From: an uncultured Nitrospiraceae bacterium
GTDB taxonomy: Bacteria; Nitrospirota; Thermodesulfovibrionia; Thermodesulfovibrionales; Dissulfurispiraceae
Assembly (NCBI GenBank): GCA_963727805.1
Contig: CAVSHF010000003.1
Location: 2,240,001-2,304,000, forward strand
Length of the DNA stretch: 64,000 bases
Reading direction: 5' to 3'
In this document: piece by piece, positions 48,833 through 59,377 of the stretch
Layout: each line of letters starts with the position of its first letter
Position numbering within the stretch: position 1 is the first letter of the stretch
The notes under the pieces: model-generated
Seen by the model: only the letters and a program-made list of their open reading frames with translations
Databases searched by the model: none
Told to the model about the DNA's origin: nothing
Made by a program: the position numbers and the translations under genes

Positions 48833-50932
48833 TTACTTAGCGTTCGCGTTCGCCTGCGCCTGAATGGCGGTAATGGCGACGGTATTCAGAATATCTGCTA
48901 CAGTACAGCCCCTGCTGAGGTCGTTCACCGGCCTGTTCAGGCCCTGAAGGATGGGACCGATGGCGACGGCATTTGATGAACGTTGAACCGCTTTATAAGT
49001 ATTATTACCCGTATTGAGATCGGGGAAGATAAAGACCGTAGCATGCCCTGCGACCTCGCTGTCGGGCAACTTAATTTTGGCTACAGAGGCGTCAATTGCC
49101 GCATCGAACTGAAGCGGGCCCTCAATCTTGAGGTTGGGTCTCAGCTCTTTTGCGATATGCGTTGCCTCGCGAACTTTATCGACATCCTTGCCCTTTCCCG
49201 ACTCACCCGTAGAGTATGAAAGCATTGCTACCCTTGGCTCAAGCCCAAACGCAGCAGCGGTTTGAGCGGAGCTGAGAGCGATATCCGCCAGCTGTTTTTC
49301 ATCAGGATTCGTGTTCACAGCGCAGTCGCCGAAGACGAGCACGCGGTCCGAAAGGCACATCAGAAAGACAGACGATACGATCGAGGTGCCGGGTTTTGTC
49401 TTTATGAACTCAAGGGCTGGGCGGATAGTGTGAGCGGTAGTATTGACGGACCCGGATACCATGCCGTCGGCATGGCCCTTGTATACCATCATCGTGCCGA
49501 AATAGCTTGGATCTGCCATAATGTCATGCGCCATTTCTTTAGCAATCCCCTTATTCTTCCTGAGTTCAAAATAGGTTTCCGCATACTCCTTGCGCAAATC
49601 GGAGGTTGATGGGTCGACAATGTTTGCCTTATCGAGCTTCAGGCCGAGTGCCATGATTCTCTGTTTGATCTTCTTCGGATTTCCGAGGAGGGTGATCTCA
49701 ACAACATCACGCAGTAACAAGAGTTCGCAAGCCTGGAGGACGCGCGGTTCCTCGCCTTCGGGCAGGACGATATGCTGCCTGCTAATCTTTGCACGGCGGA
49801 TAAGGTCATATTCAAACATGAGCGGTGTAACGCGGGTCGTTCGCGTAACGTTGAGACGGTCCATGACCTCCTGAACGCTGACCCCGGATTCGAAAATGCC
49901 GAGAGCTGTTTCTATTTTGCGTGTGTTCTCAGGAACCAGAGTACCCGTTACAGAACTGAGTTTCACGGTAGTACTGAATGTGTCGCTCTCCACGGTAAGG
50001 ATAGGAACGGCATCTATGGCAAACCCGTCAATCAGCCTTTGCACCTGTGGCGACGGTTTAAAACCGCCTGTGAGAATGATGCCGCCTATCCTCGGATAGG
50101 TAGTAGAGGCGTCGGCAAGGATGCAACCAATGGTAATGTCGTCACGATCGCCGGGTGTTATAATCATGGTGCCTTCGTTGATGTGATCAAGGAAATTGGC
50201 GAGCTGCATGGCCGCGACCTTGTAATCGACTACGTCTCGCTTGAGACATGATGCTTGACCGCTCAGAAAGCTGGCTTGAAGGGCCTCCGCTATCTCGCAT
50301 ACCGTTGGCTTCCACAACGCTTCATTCTCGGTAAGTACATACACAGGGATGCCCTTTGGAGCAACGTTTCTCAATCGTACGGGGGCATCTATCGCCTGAT
50401 GAGGCTCGATCCTGTTGACGACCACCCCGAAGATGTCACACTTCTTTTTTTCAAGGGCATCGACCACTCCGGTCACCGCTTCACTGATCTTCACCATCGA
50501 TCTTCCGAGCCCCTTCACAACAGGCATCATAAGGCTGCCCAAGTTATTCGCTACCTCTACATTGAAGTCAAACTCGACGGGGGAGACGGCGCTCCTGAAA
50601 TCGGAGCCGGCACAGAGCACGATGTCGCACTGAGCCTCAAGGGCCTTGTATTTTTCGATAATAACCTTGAGAAGTTCGTCGCTTTGGTCGGCCGCGATCA
50701 TCTCCTTGGCGGCATCAAGGGTGGTCCCATATAAAGCCTCATAGGGGAACTTCACGTTATAGCGACTCTTAATAAGATGTATCGTAGAGTCAGGTTCCAC
50801 CGTCTCTTGAATAATGGGCTTAAAGAAGCCCACCCGCTGGGCCTGGTTCCAGAGGAGCTCCATCATGCCGAGGATAACAATTATTTTGTCGACCCTTGGT
50901 TCTGCACTTGCTATATAAATGCTTTTTGCCAT
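48833..50932 (-). CDS. pta: Phosphate acetyltransferase (long class II form with DRTGG)
   Basis: TPGDR, IVLPEG, GDCAVN, MLSYSTG, FPDLNTGNNTYK, PVNDLSRG. Confidence 0.96.
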   Translation of the reverse strand: MAKSIYIASAEPRVDKIIVILGMMELLWNQAQRVGFFKPIIQETVEPDSTIHLIKSRYNVKFPYEALYGTTLDAAKEMIAADQSDELLKVIIEKYKALEAQCDIVLCAGSDFRSAVSPVEFDFNVEVANNLGSLMMPVVKGLGRSMVKISEAVTGVVDALEKKKCDIFGVVVNRIEPHQAIDAPVRLRNVAPKGIPVYVLTENEALWKPTVCEIAEALQASFLSGQASCLKRDVVDYKVAAMQLANFLDHINEGTMIITPGDRDDITIGCILADASTTYPRIGGIILTGGFKPSPQVQRLIDGFAIDAVPILTVESDTFSTTVKLSSVTGTLVPENTRKIETALGIFESGVSVQEVMDRLNVTRTTRVTPLMFEYDLIRRAKISRQHIVLPEGEEPRVLQACELLLLRDVVEITLLGNPKKIKQRIMALGLKLDKANIVDPSTSDLRKEYAETYFELRKNKGIAKEMAHDIMADPSYFGTMMVYKGHADGMVSGSVNTTAHTIRPALEFIKTKPGTSIVSSVFLMCLSDRVLVFGDCAVNTNPDEKQLADIALSSAQTAAAFGLEPRVAMLSYSTGESGKGKDVDKVREATHIAKELRPNLKIEGPLQFDAAIDASVAKIKLPDSEVAGHATVFIFPDLNTGNNTYKAVQRSSNAVAIGPILQGLNRPVNDLSRGCTVADILNTVAITAIQAQANANAK

Positions 50933-50945
50933 TTTGTCAGTGTGT

Positions 50946-51542
50946 CTAGGAATTTTGTTTCTGTTTAATAGCGCTTGATATTGCCTCGGGACTGTAACCC
51001 TTTATGATTATTCCTTCGACATCGACTACGGGGACCCCATGGCTACCGCCGGTCTTTTTAACCATTTCCTCCGCCGCGTTCCTTTCCCTTTCGATATCAT
51101 ATTCGATCAGGGACGCACCCTGCGAGTTGATGTAATCTCTCGCTTTTTTGCAGTAGGGACACCAGGAAGTCATATACATGACAACTTTTATATCCCTGAC
51201 CGGTCTGATCTCCTTTTTTTCCCGCGGCCCCTGAGGACTTTCGATCTGCCGCCCCCTTGTCATGCTTGTGTCTTTTTCTATTGTTGGCGGTGGCGGCAGT
51301 ACAGGCGGACGCTTTGTGTTTAGCAGTGCTTCTTTCACTTCTAATTCCGCTCTAGAGACAGAAGGATCAGGGGAAGAGTCGTCGCTGCCCTTGGCTTTCG
51401 TTACCAATATATTCGAAATCAGCGTACGTTCCCCGTTATTCATCCGCTGATAAACCCTATCAGCGAGGAAATAGGAAGAACATAGAAAGGTGGCAACCAA
51501 AATGACTATTACTATGTTAACCGGTTTCATGGGTAGTCGCAA
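50946..51542 (-). CDS. Membrane-anchored glutaredoxin/NrdH-like protein
   Basis: N-terminal hydrophobic helix; WCPYC, GVPV. Confidence 0.85.
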   Translation of the reverse strand: MRLPMKPVNIVIVILVATFLCSSYFLADRVYQRMNNGERTLISNILVTKAKGSDDSSPDPSVSRAELEVKEALLNTKRPPVLPPPPTIEKDTSMTRGRQIESPQGPREKKEIRPVRDIKVVMYMTSWCPYCKKARDYINSQGASLIEYDIERERNAAEEMVKKTGGSHGVPVVDVEGIIIKGYSPEAISSAIKQKQNS

Positions 51543-51944
51543 AAATTAACCATAAAAGATCCATCCTGCTTAGTGACTGAATTATCCTCACTTTGTGTCG
51601 GAAATGTCAAGAAAGCATATATTGCGTGTGTCTATAAAGTCGATAACTTTTTTTATGTGTCCCTCAACGGAGATAATCCAGTTATTTCAATATGTTTTAT
51701 GATCCCTGTTCGAGCGGGGGAATGAAAATGCCTTCGTATGTGGATAGATTAGATTTACCACCATATTCGAGTGGATCGGAAAGATCTGACATGTTACAAT
51801 TAGTGTCACGTGTAACATAATTACCCAATCGGGTCTGTGCGGACAATTCGTGACTCCAGCGAATTCCTGTTTATTCTAAGCAAATTGCAGCTTATATTCA
51901 GGAGGATAGGGTTTATGCTGTCATGATCTGTTCATGATCGGGCA

Positions 51945-53891
51945 TTGGAATTGCTGATGTTACCTGTGATGATAATCGAAGATGTTGTCGAATTCCTAAA
52001 ACATGTGCCTCCATTTCAATTTCTGGATGAACCTGCACTCACCGATCTTGCGGTCGGAATGTCGATGGAGTTCTTTCCGAAAGGGACGACTATTCTGAAG
52101 CAAGGTGGGGCCGCCAGCAAGTATCTTTATGTTATCAAGAAGGGGGGGGTAAAGGTATTCAGGCGCGCAGCGAGCGGCGAAGAGTCGGTTATCGATTTCA
52201 GGGGGCAAGGAGACCTCTTCGGGTATCTTTCCCTTGTCGGCGGAGATAAGGCGAGGGCTTATGTCCTAGCTGTGGAAAGCACAAGCTGCTATACCATCAA
52301 TAGAGAGGCGGTGAGGCAGCTCCTCGATAGCAGCGTAACAGTCAGAGAATTTTTTCTGAAGTCCTTCCTCAATATTTATATCGACAAGACTTTCAAGGAA
52401 ATGCACGGCAGGAGCCTTTTTTTTTCAGGAGGCAATGACCGGTTTCTATTCTCGACAACGGTCGGAGAGGTAGCCGCAAAGGATGTGCTCACAGCTCCTC
52501 AAGAAGCATCGATCAGAGAGGCTGCCACCATTATGTGCGAGAACAAGATTAGTTCCTTAATACTCGTCGACCGGGAACACCGGCCTGTCGGCATAATAAC
52601 CGACCGGGACATGAGGGGAAAGGTTGTTGCGCGCGGGAGGGACTTTAACGAGCCCGTGAAGAACATTATGAGTTACCCGCTCCTTAGGATTGATTCCAAT
52701 GACTATTGTTTCGAAGCCATTCTGAAGATGATGAAATACAACGTACACCATCTGCTAGCGATAAAAGATGGTGCTCTCGCAGGCATCGTGACGAACCATG
52801 ATTTTATGCTGCTGCAAGGGACCTCTCCTCTGCTTATCGCCAAGGATATAGAAGGACAGCAGGACATCGAAGGGCTTGCGGACGTTGCGAAGCAGATCAA
52901 CAATATTGTTGACATTCTTCTTAAACAGGGAGCGCGTGCGGGAAACATCACAAGCATCATTACTGAGATCAGTGATAGGCTTGTCAGGAAGATCCTGAAG
53001 ATAGCCGTGAGGAAGTTTGGCAGGCCGCCAGTGCAGTATTGCTGGCTCGCCTTCGGCAGTGAAGGCCGCAAGGAGCAGACTTTCAAGACCGACCAGGACA
53101 ATGCCATCATTTATGCTGACCCCGCAACGACCTTCGAAGCGGACGAAGCGAAGAAGTACTTCTCTGCCTTCGCTGCCTTTGTGAGGGACAGTCTTGTCCA
53201 GTGCGGCTATCCGTTCTGTCCCGATGCACATATGGCAAGCAATCCCCAATGGTGCCGGTCCCTTTCCGCATGGAAAAAGTTTCTTTCGGACTGGGTTGCT
53301 GATCCGGCCTCTGAGTTGGGAGAGACTGGGCTAAACCCTCTCACCTTTCTTGATTTCCGTGGGGTGGGAGGCGATTTTTCGCTGGCAGACCAACTCAGGG
53401 AATCCCTGGGAGCGATGCTCAGGGACCAGAAGGCCTTTTTGTGCTGCCTCGCAAACCTGGCGATCAAAAACAGGCCGCCCATCGGGTTTCTAAAAACCGT
53501 TGTAATCGAAAAGAGCGGAGAACATCGTGACAGGCTGGACCTCAAAGTGAAGGGACTCGCTCCGATCGTCGGCATCGTGCGACTTTACGCCCTTGAAGAG
53601 GCGATACGGGAATCATCCACCCTTGCGCGGCTTGAAGCGCTCAAGGAGCGTCATAGCGACGTAATTGAATACGGGGAGGAGATCGCCCACGCCTTTGAAT
53701 TTATCATGCTCCTCAGGATCCAGCATCAGTTCGGGCAGATCAGCAATGGGCAAGCACCCGACAATGTCATCAATCCCGACAACCTAACGAACCTGCAGAA
53801 GAAGACGATTAAAGAGGCTTTCAATCTGATATCGAAGCTGCAGAATTCGATCAGTGAGAGATACAAGCCTATGAAATGGCAAGTGGCATGA
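51945..53891 (+). CDS. cNMP-binding + CBS + DUF294 nucleotidyltransferase-like protein
   Basis: PPFQFL, cNMP domain, GIITDRD CBS pair, GSEGRKEQT..TDQDNA, ASNPQW, DLKVKG; true start probably a nearby ATG/GTG. Confidence 0.9.
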   Translation: MELLMLPVMIIEDVVEFLKHVPPFQFLDEPALTDLAVGMSMEFFPKGTTILKQGGAASKYLYVIKKGGVKVFRRAASGEESVIDFRGQGDLFGYLSLVGGDKARAYVLAVESTSCYTINREAVRQLLDSSVTVREFFLKSFLNIYIDKTFKEMHGRSLFFSGGNDRFLFSTTVGEVAAKDVLTAPQEASIREAATIMCENKISSLILVDREHRPVGIITDRDMRGKVVARGRDFNEPVKNIMSYPLLRIDSNDYCFEAILKMMKYNVHHLLAIKDGALAGIVTNHDFMLLQGTSPLLIAKDIEGQQDIEGLADVAKQINNIVDILLKQGARAGNITSIITEISDRLVRKILKIAVRKFGRPPVQYCWLAFGSEGRKEQTFKTDQDNAIIYADPATTFEADEAKKYFSAFAAFVRDSLVQCGYPFCPDAHMASNPQWCRSLSAWKKFLSDWVADPASELGETGLNPLTFLDFRGVGGDFSLADQLRESLGAMLRDQKAFLCCLANLAIKNRPPIGFLKTVVIEKSGEHRDRLDLKVKGLAPIVGIVRLYALEEAIRESSTLARLEALKERHSDVIEYGEEIAHAFEFIMLLRIQHQFGQISNGQAPDNVINPDNLTNLQKKTIKEAFNLISKLQNSISERYKPMKWQVA

Positions 53892-54544
53892 CAGGCAGAT
53901 TGAAGAAGAGAAGCTCTGATGACAGTGTTGAGAACATGCCTATTACGCACGCGAAATATGTGGTCATCGATACTGAACTCACCGGACTCGATGAGCAGAG
54001 GGACTCAATTATTTCGATTGGGGCCATCAGAATGTCTGGTGGACGGATAGAATTGGGAGAGACATTTTATCGGCTTATGAGGCCTGACGGACCATCCACG
54101 CAGGGTGTCGGTATTCAGGGGAACAAGCCGTCAGGGCTTCTCCTCGAACCGGAAATCGCCCCGGTCCTTTCGGAGTTTCTCTCCCTCTGCGGAAACGATG
54201 TAATAGTAGGCCATCTCATTTTTACCGACCTCGCTTTCCTTAAGAATGAGGTGAGGCGTTTTTTCGGATTGGAGGTGAAGAACCCGATAATCGACACGTA
54301 TCAATTGTATCACTGGCTTATGCGGCGAGAAGCGCAGGGTGCGACCTATTCTCCCAAGGAAGTTAAGCTTTATGAGATCGCCTCCCAGCTTGGAGTTACC
54401 ATATCGGAGAATCACGATGCGATGAGCGACGCTTTTATTACTGCTCAGGTCTTTCAGAGACTCATGCCCATGCTCATCAGGGAGGGAGTAAAAACCGTCG
54501 GAGAAATGCTGCGAATCGGCGATCCTTCAGAGGGGTTGCGATAA
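53876..54544 (+). CDS. DnaQ-like (DEDDh) 3'-5' exonuclease
   Basis: VIDTELTGLD, VGH....D..FL, HDAMSDA. Confidence 0.88.
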   Translation: MASGMTGRLKKRSSDDSVENMPITHAKYVVIDTELTGLDEQRDSIISIGAIRMSGGRIELGETFYRLMRPDGPSTQGVGIQGNKPSGLLLEPEIAPVLSEFLSLCGNDVIVGHLIFTDLAFLKNEVRRFFGLEVKNPIIDTYQLYHWLMRREAQGATYSPKEVKLYEIASQLGVTISENHDAMSDAFITAQVFQRLMPMLIREGVKTVGEMLRIGDPSEGLR

Positions 54545-54753
54545 TAAGGGACGCCACATCGTTGCGTGTAAAAACGTTGCACTGCATTTTGGAGGGTTGT
54601 GATGCTGCGAGGTTAGTTGCGAAAACAGGTTTTTTGGATTTCTGGTGCCATTATGGACCAGTCCCAGCTTTCTGATTAAGACTGGGGGGTTTTGCATACG
54701 AAACCGGGTTCGATGCAAGGCGTCGTGATATCCCGAATAAACGAGGAGGGAAA

Positions 54754-56073
54754 ATGGCGGAAGCTGTCAGTACAGGCGATGTAATTACCAAAGTGCCGGG
54801 TAAGGCATGGGTTGTCACCTTTGCCGGGACTGCTGTTAACTTATGTTTGGGAATCTTGTATGCATGGAGCGTATGGGCTAAGGCCCTGATCAATGTTAAA
54901 GATGCGGGCCAGCCCATGAGCGGAATTAACGAGGGATGGACGTACCTGACCAATGCAGAAGCAGCCACCCCGTTCTCTCTTTGCGTCATCATCTTTGCAT
55001 TGTTCATGATCCCTGGAGGGCGTATTCAGGACAAGTTCGGGCCCAAAGTCGGCGCGACGCTTGGTGGACTGTGCCTCGCGGCTGGTTGTATTCTCGCCGG
55101 CATGATGAAGAGCTATACCGGTCTTATAATCGGCTTCGGTATCCTCGGCGGCATTGGAATGGGGATTGGTTACGCCGCCCCGACTCCGGCTGCATTGAAA
55201 TGGTTCGGACCACACAAGCGCGGATTGATTGCCGGTCTGGTTGTCGGTGGGTACGGAGGAGCAGCGCTCTATATTTCTCCATTGGCACAAAAGCTCATCG
55301 ATGGCTATGGTCTCTCAGGAAGCTTTATTGGCTTGGGGGTTTTCTTTGCAATCGTGGTTGTTATCGCCGGACAGCTCCTCGCATGGCCGCCGACCGGCTA
55401 TACGCCTCCTGGAGCGCCCAAACAGACTGCAGCACAAACAGCAGCGACCGCTGCAAAGCAGACCGCGCATAACTGGACAGCCAGTGAAATGACGAAGACC
55501 TGGCAGTTCTATGCACTGGTAATCTTATTTATCGGTTCGACACAATCAGGACTGATGATCATAGCAAACGCAGCCGGCATATTGGCGAAAGCCGCAAAGG
55601 ACGTCCCTTACCTGGCTGCAAATGCTTGGATCCTAGCCTCTTTCGGCGGAGCTATCAATGCATTGGGACGAGTAGGCACCGGTATGTATTCTGATAAAAT
55701 TGGCCGGGCCAACGCATATACCGCGAACTGTATTATTTCCGCTCTCTGTCTCTTTGCGATGCCTTCCATTATCGCCTCGCAGAATATCGTACTGCTGTTT
55801 CTGGCGGTGGGTATTGCCTACTGGCAGTACGGCGGCGGACTTGCATTACTGCCCGCCTTCACTGCAGACTTCTTCGGTGCGAAAAACCTCGGCTTCAATT
55901 ACGGACTCGTGTTCCTCGGCTGGGGCCTCGGCTTCTTCATGGCGAGACTGGCCGGAACCATTAAGGATGTGACCGGAAGTCTTGATTATGCATTTTATCT
56001 TTCGGCAGCGGTGCTGATCGTGGCAGTTGTTGTGGTCAGGATTACCCAAAGACCGAAATGGACTACAGCATAG
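54754..56073 (+). CDS. MFS transporter, oxalate:formate antiporter (OFA)/monocarboxylate family
   Basis: LGILYAWSV, GRIQDKFGP, KWFGPHKRGL..G...GYG, DFFGAKNLG.NYG. Confidence 0.9.
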   Translation: MAEAVSTGDVITKVPGKAWVVTFAGTAVNLCLGILYAWSVWAKALINVKDAGQPMSGINEGWTYLTNAEAATPFSLCVIIFALFMIPGGRIQDKFGPKVGATLGGLCLAAGCILAGMMKSYTGLIIGFGILGGIGMGIGYAAPTPAALKWFGPHKRGLIAGLVVGGYGGAALYISPLAQKLIDGYGLSGSFIGLGVFFAIVVVIAGQLLAWPPTGYTPPGAPKQTAAQTAATAAKQTAHNWTASEMTKTWQFYALVILFIGSTQSGLMIIANAAGILAKAAKDVPYLAANAWILASFGGAINALGRVGTGMYSDKIGRANAYTANCIISALCLFAMPSIIASQNIVLLFLAVGIAYWQYGGGLALLPAFTADFFGAKNLGFNYGLVFLGWGLGFFMARLAGTIKDVTGSLDYAFYLSAAVLIVAVVVVRITQRPKWTTA

Positions 56074-56212
56074 TCAGAAAAATGTGGGATTCTCTAGCAA
56101 GTGAGTAAAGGAGGAACTATTAGAATATATTAAAGAATAATTCAACATATAACGTGATATTCAAATATTTTTGACTGCAAAATAAATTATTAATGCAAGG
56201 AGAATTATTATT

Positions 56213-58261
56213 ATGGCTGAAAAAGAAGAAAAAGGAGTAGAAACGTCAGAGGCCGAGATAGCGGTACATTGGGAAGAAGGGGCTTTATATTATCCCTCAA
56301 CAAAGTTCATCGCGCAGGCAAACATGACAGATCCAGCGGTCTATGACCGGTTTAGCCTGGAGAATTTTCCGAACTGTTTCAAGGAGTATGCAGACCTTTT
56401 GACCTGGTACAAGTATTGGGACGAAACCCTCGACACCAGCGATGCCCCTTGCTTCAAGTGGTTCAAAGGCGGGTTGATCAATGCAAGCTATAACTGTGTT
56501 GACAGACATCTTGCAAAGAATAAAAACAAAACAGCGATCCACTTCGTACCGGAGCTTGAGACTGACAAGGTCGAGCACATCACCTACCAGGAGTTGTATG
56601 TGCGGGTGAATGAGTTTGCATCAATTCTCAAGAATGACTTGGGCCTGAAGGCAGGGGACAGGGTAACACTGCATCTGCCGATGGTGGCGGAGCTTCCCGT
56701 CACAATGCTTGCTTGTGCAAGACTCGGCATCATTCACTCCCAGGTCTTCGGCGGATTCAGCGGCAAGGCATGCGCTGACAGAATCGTTGACTCAGGAAGC
56801 GAATACCTGATAACGATGGATGCGTATTTCAGGGCTGGGCAGGTTCAGGATCATAAGGAAAAGGCGGATATTGCCGTTGCAGAGGCGGCAGCAGAAGGGC
56901 AGAAGGTTAAAAAGGTCCTGGTATGGCAGCGCTATCCCGGCAAATATTCTGCTAAGACCCCGATGGTAGAGGGTCGCGATGTCTTTATCAATGACATGCT
57001 GAAAAAGCATTATGGCGCAAGGATTGATCCGGTTCCGATGCCTGCTGAAGCACCGCTTTTCCTCATGTATACCAGCGGCACAACCGGAAAGCCCAAGGGA
57101 GCCCAGCACAGCACCGGCGGTTATCTTGCTTATGTAGCCGGGACATCGAAATACATTCAGGACATTCATCCTGAAGACGTATACTGGTGTATGGCCGACA
57201 TCGGCTGGATCACCGGTCATTCTTATATTGTATATGGTCCGTTGGCATTATGTGCATCCAGTGTTATTTTCGAAGGCGTTCCAACATATCCGGATGCAGG
57301 CAGGGCCTGGAGGATTGCCCAGGATCTGGATGTCAACATCTTCCATACCGCACCTACCACCATCAGAGCGCTGAGAAAGGTCGGTCCGGATGAGCCGGCA
57401 AAATACAATTATCACTTCAAACATATGACCACAGTCGGTGAGCCGATCGAGCCTGTAGTCTGGAAATGGTATTACGAGAAAGTCGGCAAAGGGGAAGCGG
57501 CTATTGTTGACACATGGTGGCAAACTGAAAATGGCGGTTTCCTCTGCAGCACAATACCTGCAATTAAGCCCATGAAGCCCGGCAGTGCAGGCCCAGGCGT
57601 CCCCGGTATCCATCCGATTATTTATGACAATGACGGAGTCGTAATCCCGGCAGGAGCCGGCAAGGCAGGAAATATCTGCATACAGAACCCGTGGCCCGGC
57701 ATGTTCCAGACCATCTGGGGAGACCGCGACCGTTTTGTTAAGACCTATTTTGAAAGATACTGCAAAGACCCAAAGAGCAAGAGATGGCAGGATTGGCCGT
57801 ATCTTACCGGTGATGCAGCGGTTATGGCAGCTGACGGGTATGTCCGTATCCTCGGCAGGATTGATGATGTCATCAACGTTTCCGGTCACAGACTGGGGAC
57901 CAAGGAAATCGAGTCTGCTGCGCTCACCCACCCTGATGTTGCAGAAGCAGCTGTTGTGCCGGTTAAGCATGACGTCAAAGGCAAGGAACCGGATCTGTAT
58001 GTTTCCTTGAAACCCGGCAAAGTTGCAAACGAGAACACCGCAAAAGAAGTGTCAGCGTGTATAGTCAAGGAGATCGGAGCAATTGCAAGACCGAGAAAGG
58101 TCTGGATTGTGCCTGACATGCCTAAGACCAGATCAGGAAAGATCATGCGTCGTGTGCTTGGCGCTATTTCTAACCACCAAGATGTCGGTGATGTTATGAC
58201 ACTGGCGAATCCTGAAATTGTTGAAGCAATTCAAAAGATGAATAAGGAATCAGGAATATAA
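56213..58261 (+). CDS. acs: AMP-forming acetyl-CoA synthetase, copy 2
   Basis: [42 protein letters not shown]. Confidence 0.95.
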   Translation: MAEKEEKGVETSEAEIAVHWEEGALYYPSTKFIAQANMTDPAVYDRFSLENFPNCFKEYADLLTWYKYWDETLDTSDAPCFKWFKGGLINASYNCVDRHLAKNKNKTAIHFVPELETDKVEHITYQELYVRVNEFASILKNDLGLKAGDRVTLHLPMVAELPVTMLACARLGIIHSQVFGGFSGKACADRIVDSGSEYLITMDAYFRAGQVQDHKEKADIAVAEAAAEGQKVKKVLVWQRYPGKYSAKTPMVEGRDVFINDMLKKHYGARIDPVPMPAEAPLFLMYTSGTTGKPKGAQHSTGGYLAYVAGTSKYIQDIHPEDVYWCMADIGWITGHSYIVYGPLALCASSVIFEGVPTYPDAGRAWRIAQDLDVNIFHTAPTTIRALRKVGPDEPAKYNYHFKHMTTVGEPIEPVVWKWYYEKVGKGEAAIVDTWWQTENGGFLCSTIPAIKPMKPGSAGPGVPGIHPIIYDNDGVVIPAGAGKAGNICIQNPWPGMFQTIWGDRDRFVKTYFERYCKDPKSKRWQDWPYLTGDAAVMAADGYVRILGRIDDVINVSGHRLGTKEIESAALTHPDVAEAAVVPVKHDVKGKEPDLYVSLKPGKVANENTAKEVSACIVKEIGAIARPRKVWIVPDMPKTRSGKIMRRVLGAISNHQDVGDVMTLANPEIVEAIQKMNKESGI

Positions 58262-58311
58262 GAGCAGTTCGAAGGTTAAAGCATAAAACCTTATAGAGGC
58301 TATTAATAACC

Positions 58312-58353
58312 AAGAAAGGGGGCAGGAAGATATTTTCCTGCCCCCTTCTTTTA
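58312..58353 (+). terminator. Intrinsic terminator
   Basis: aagggggcaggaa-loop-ttcctgcccccttctttt. Confidence 0.85.
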
Positions 58354-58408
58354 TTGGTATACTATTGTGGAAGCAGGTTGAGTTGTCATTTCACTTCGGG
58401 AGATTCAA

Positions 58409-59365
58409 ATGAGAAAGACAGGGTTCCTCTACGATGAACGATTTCTGCTCCATTGCACTGGACCCGAACACCCGGAGTGTCCCGACCGGCTCCAGGCTGC
58501 TTACCGGGGGATTGAAGAGGGTGGGCTCCTGTCGCATCTAACGTTGATCAAGGCCAGCCGCGCCAAACAGGAGTGGATAGAAGCAGTCCACAGCATGAAA
58601 CTCATCATGCGTTTTGAAGAGGCGTGCCTTTGGGGATTGGACATGCTCGATCATCCCGATAACAGAATATGCAGGGAGACCTTTGAAACCGCGATGCTTG
58701 CAGTGGGCGGAATTATCGATACGGTGGACCGCGTAATGAGGGGCGAGATTGACAATGCATTTTGCGCGGTGAGGCCGCCGGGGCATCATGCTGAAGTCAA
58801 CCGGGTCATGGGTTTTTGCTTTTTTAATAATATCGCTATTGCCGCCAGATATCTGCAGAAAAAATGGGGTATACAGCGGATCGGTATCGTGGATTTTGAT
58901 GTCCACCACGGCAATGGCACGCAGAATATTTTTGAAGAAGACGACTCAGTTTTCTTTTATTCCATCCATGAGCATCCATCGTTTGCCTATCCCGGTACCG
59001 GCAGGGAATTCGAAAAGGGTTCGGGTCCTGGTGTCGGCTTCACCCTAAACTCGCCGGTATTGCCCGGACAAGGAGATGAAGAATATAAAGAGTTGCTCCA
59101 AAGAGATCTGTTTCCCGCCTTTGAAGAGTTCAAGCCTGAAGTGATCCTCGTATCCGCAGGCTTTGACGCCCACATTGATGATGATATGTCGGATATGAAG
59201 CTTTCAACAGAAGGCTTTTCGTGGATCATGAAAAATATTGTTGAAATGGCGGACAAATATTCGAAAGGTCGAATAATTTCCATTCTCGAAGGGGGATACT
59301 CACTCCTCCGTCTGCCTGAGTTGATAAAAAATCATATTAAAATCCTGCTTGGAACCGAGGCCTGA
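58409..59365 (+). CDS. Zn-dependent HDAC-family deacetylase (AcuC-like), copy 2
   Basis: Same motifs and length (318 aa) as copy 1. Confidence 0.93.
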   Translation: MRKTGFLYDERFLLHCTGPEHPECPDRLQAAYRGIEEGGLLSHLTLIKASRAKQEWIEAVHSMKLIMRFEEACLWGLDMLDHPDNRICRETFETAMLAVGGIIDTVDRVMRGEIDNAFCAVRPPGHHAEVNRVMGFCFFNNIAIAARYLQKKWGIQRIGIVDFDVHHGNGTQNIFEEDDSVFFYSIHEHPSFAYPGTGREFEKGSGPGVGFTLNSPVLPGQGDEEYKELLQRDLFPAFEEFKPEVILVSAGFDAHIDDDMSDMKLSTEGFSWIMKNIVEMADKYSKGRIISILEGGYSLLRLPELIKNHIKILLGTEA

Positions 59366-59377
59366 AAGGGAGGCACT

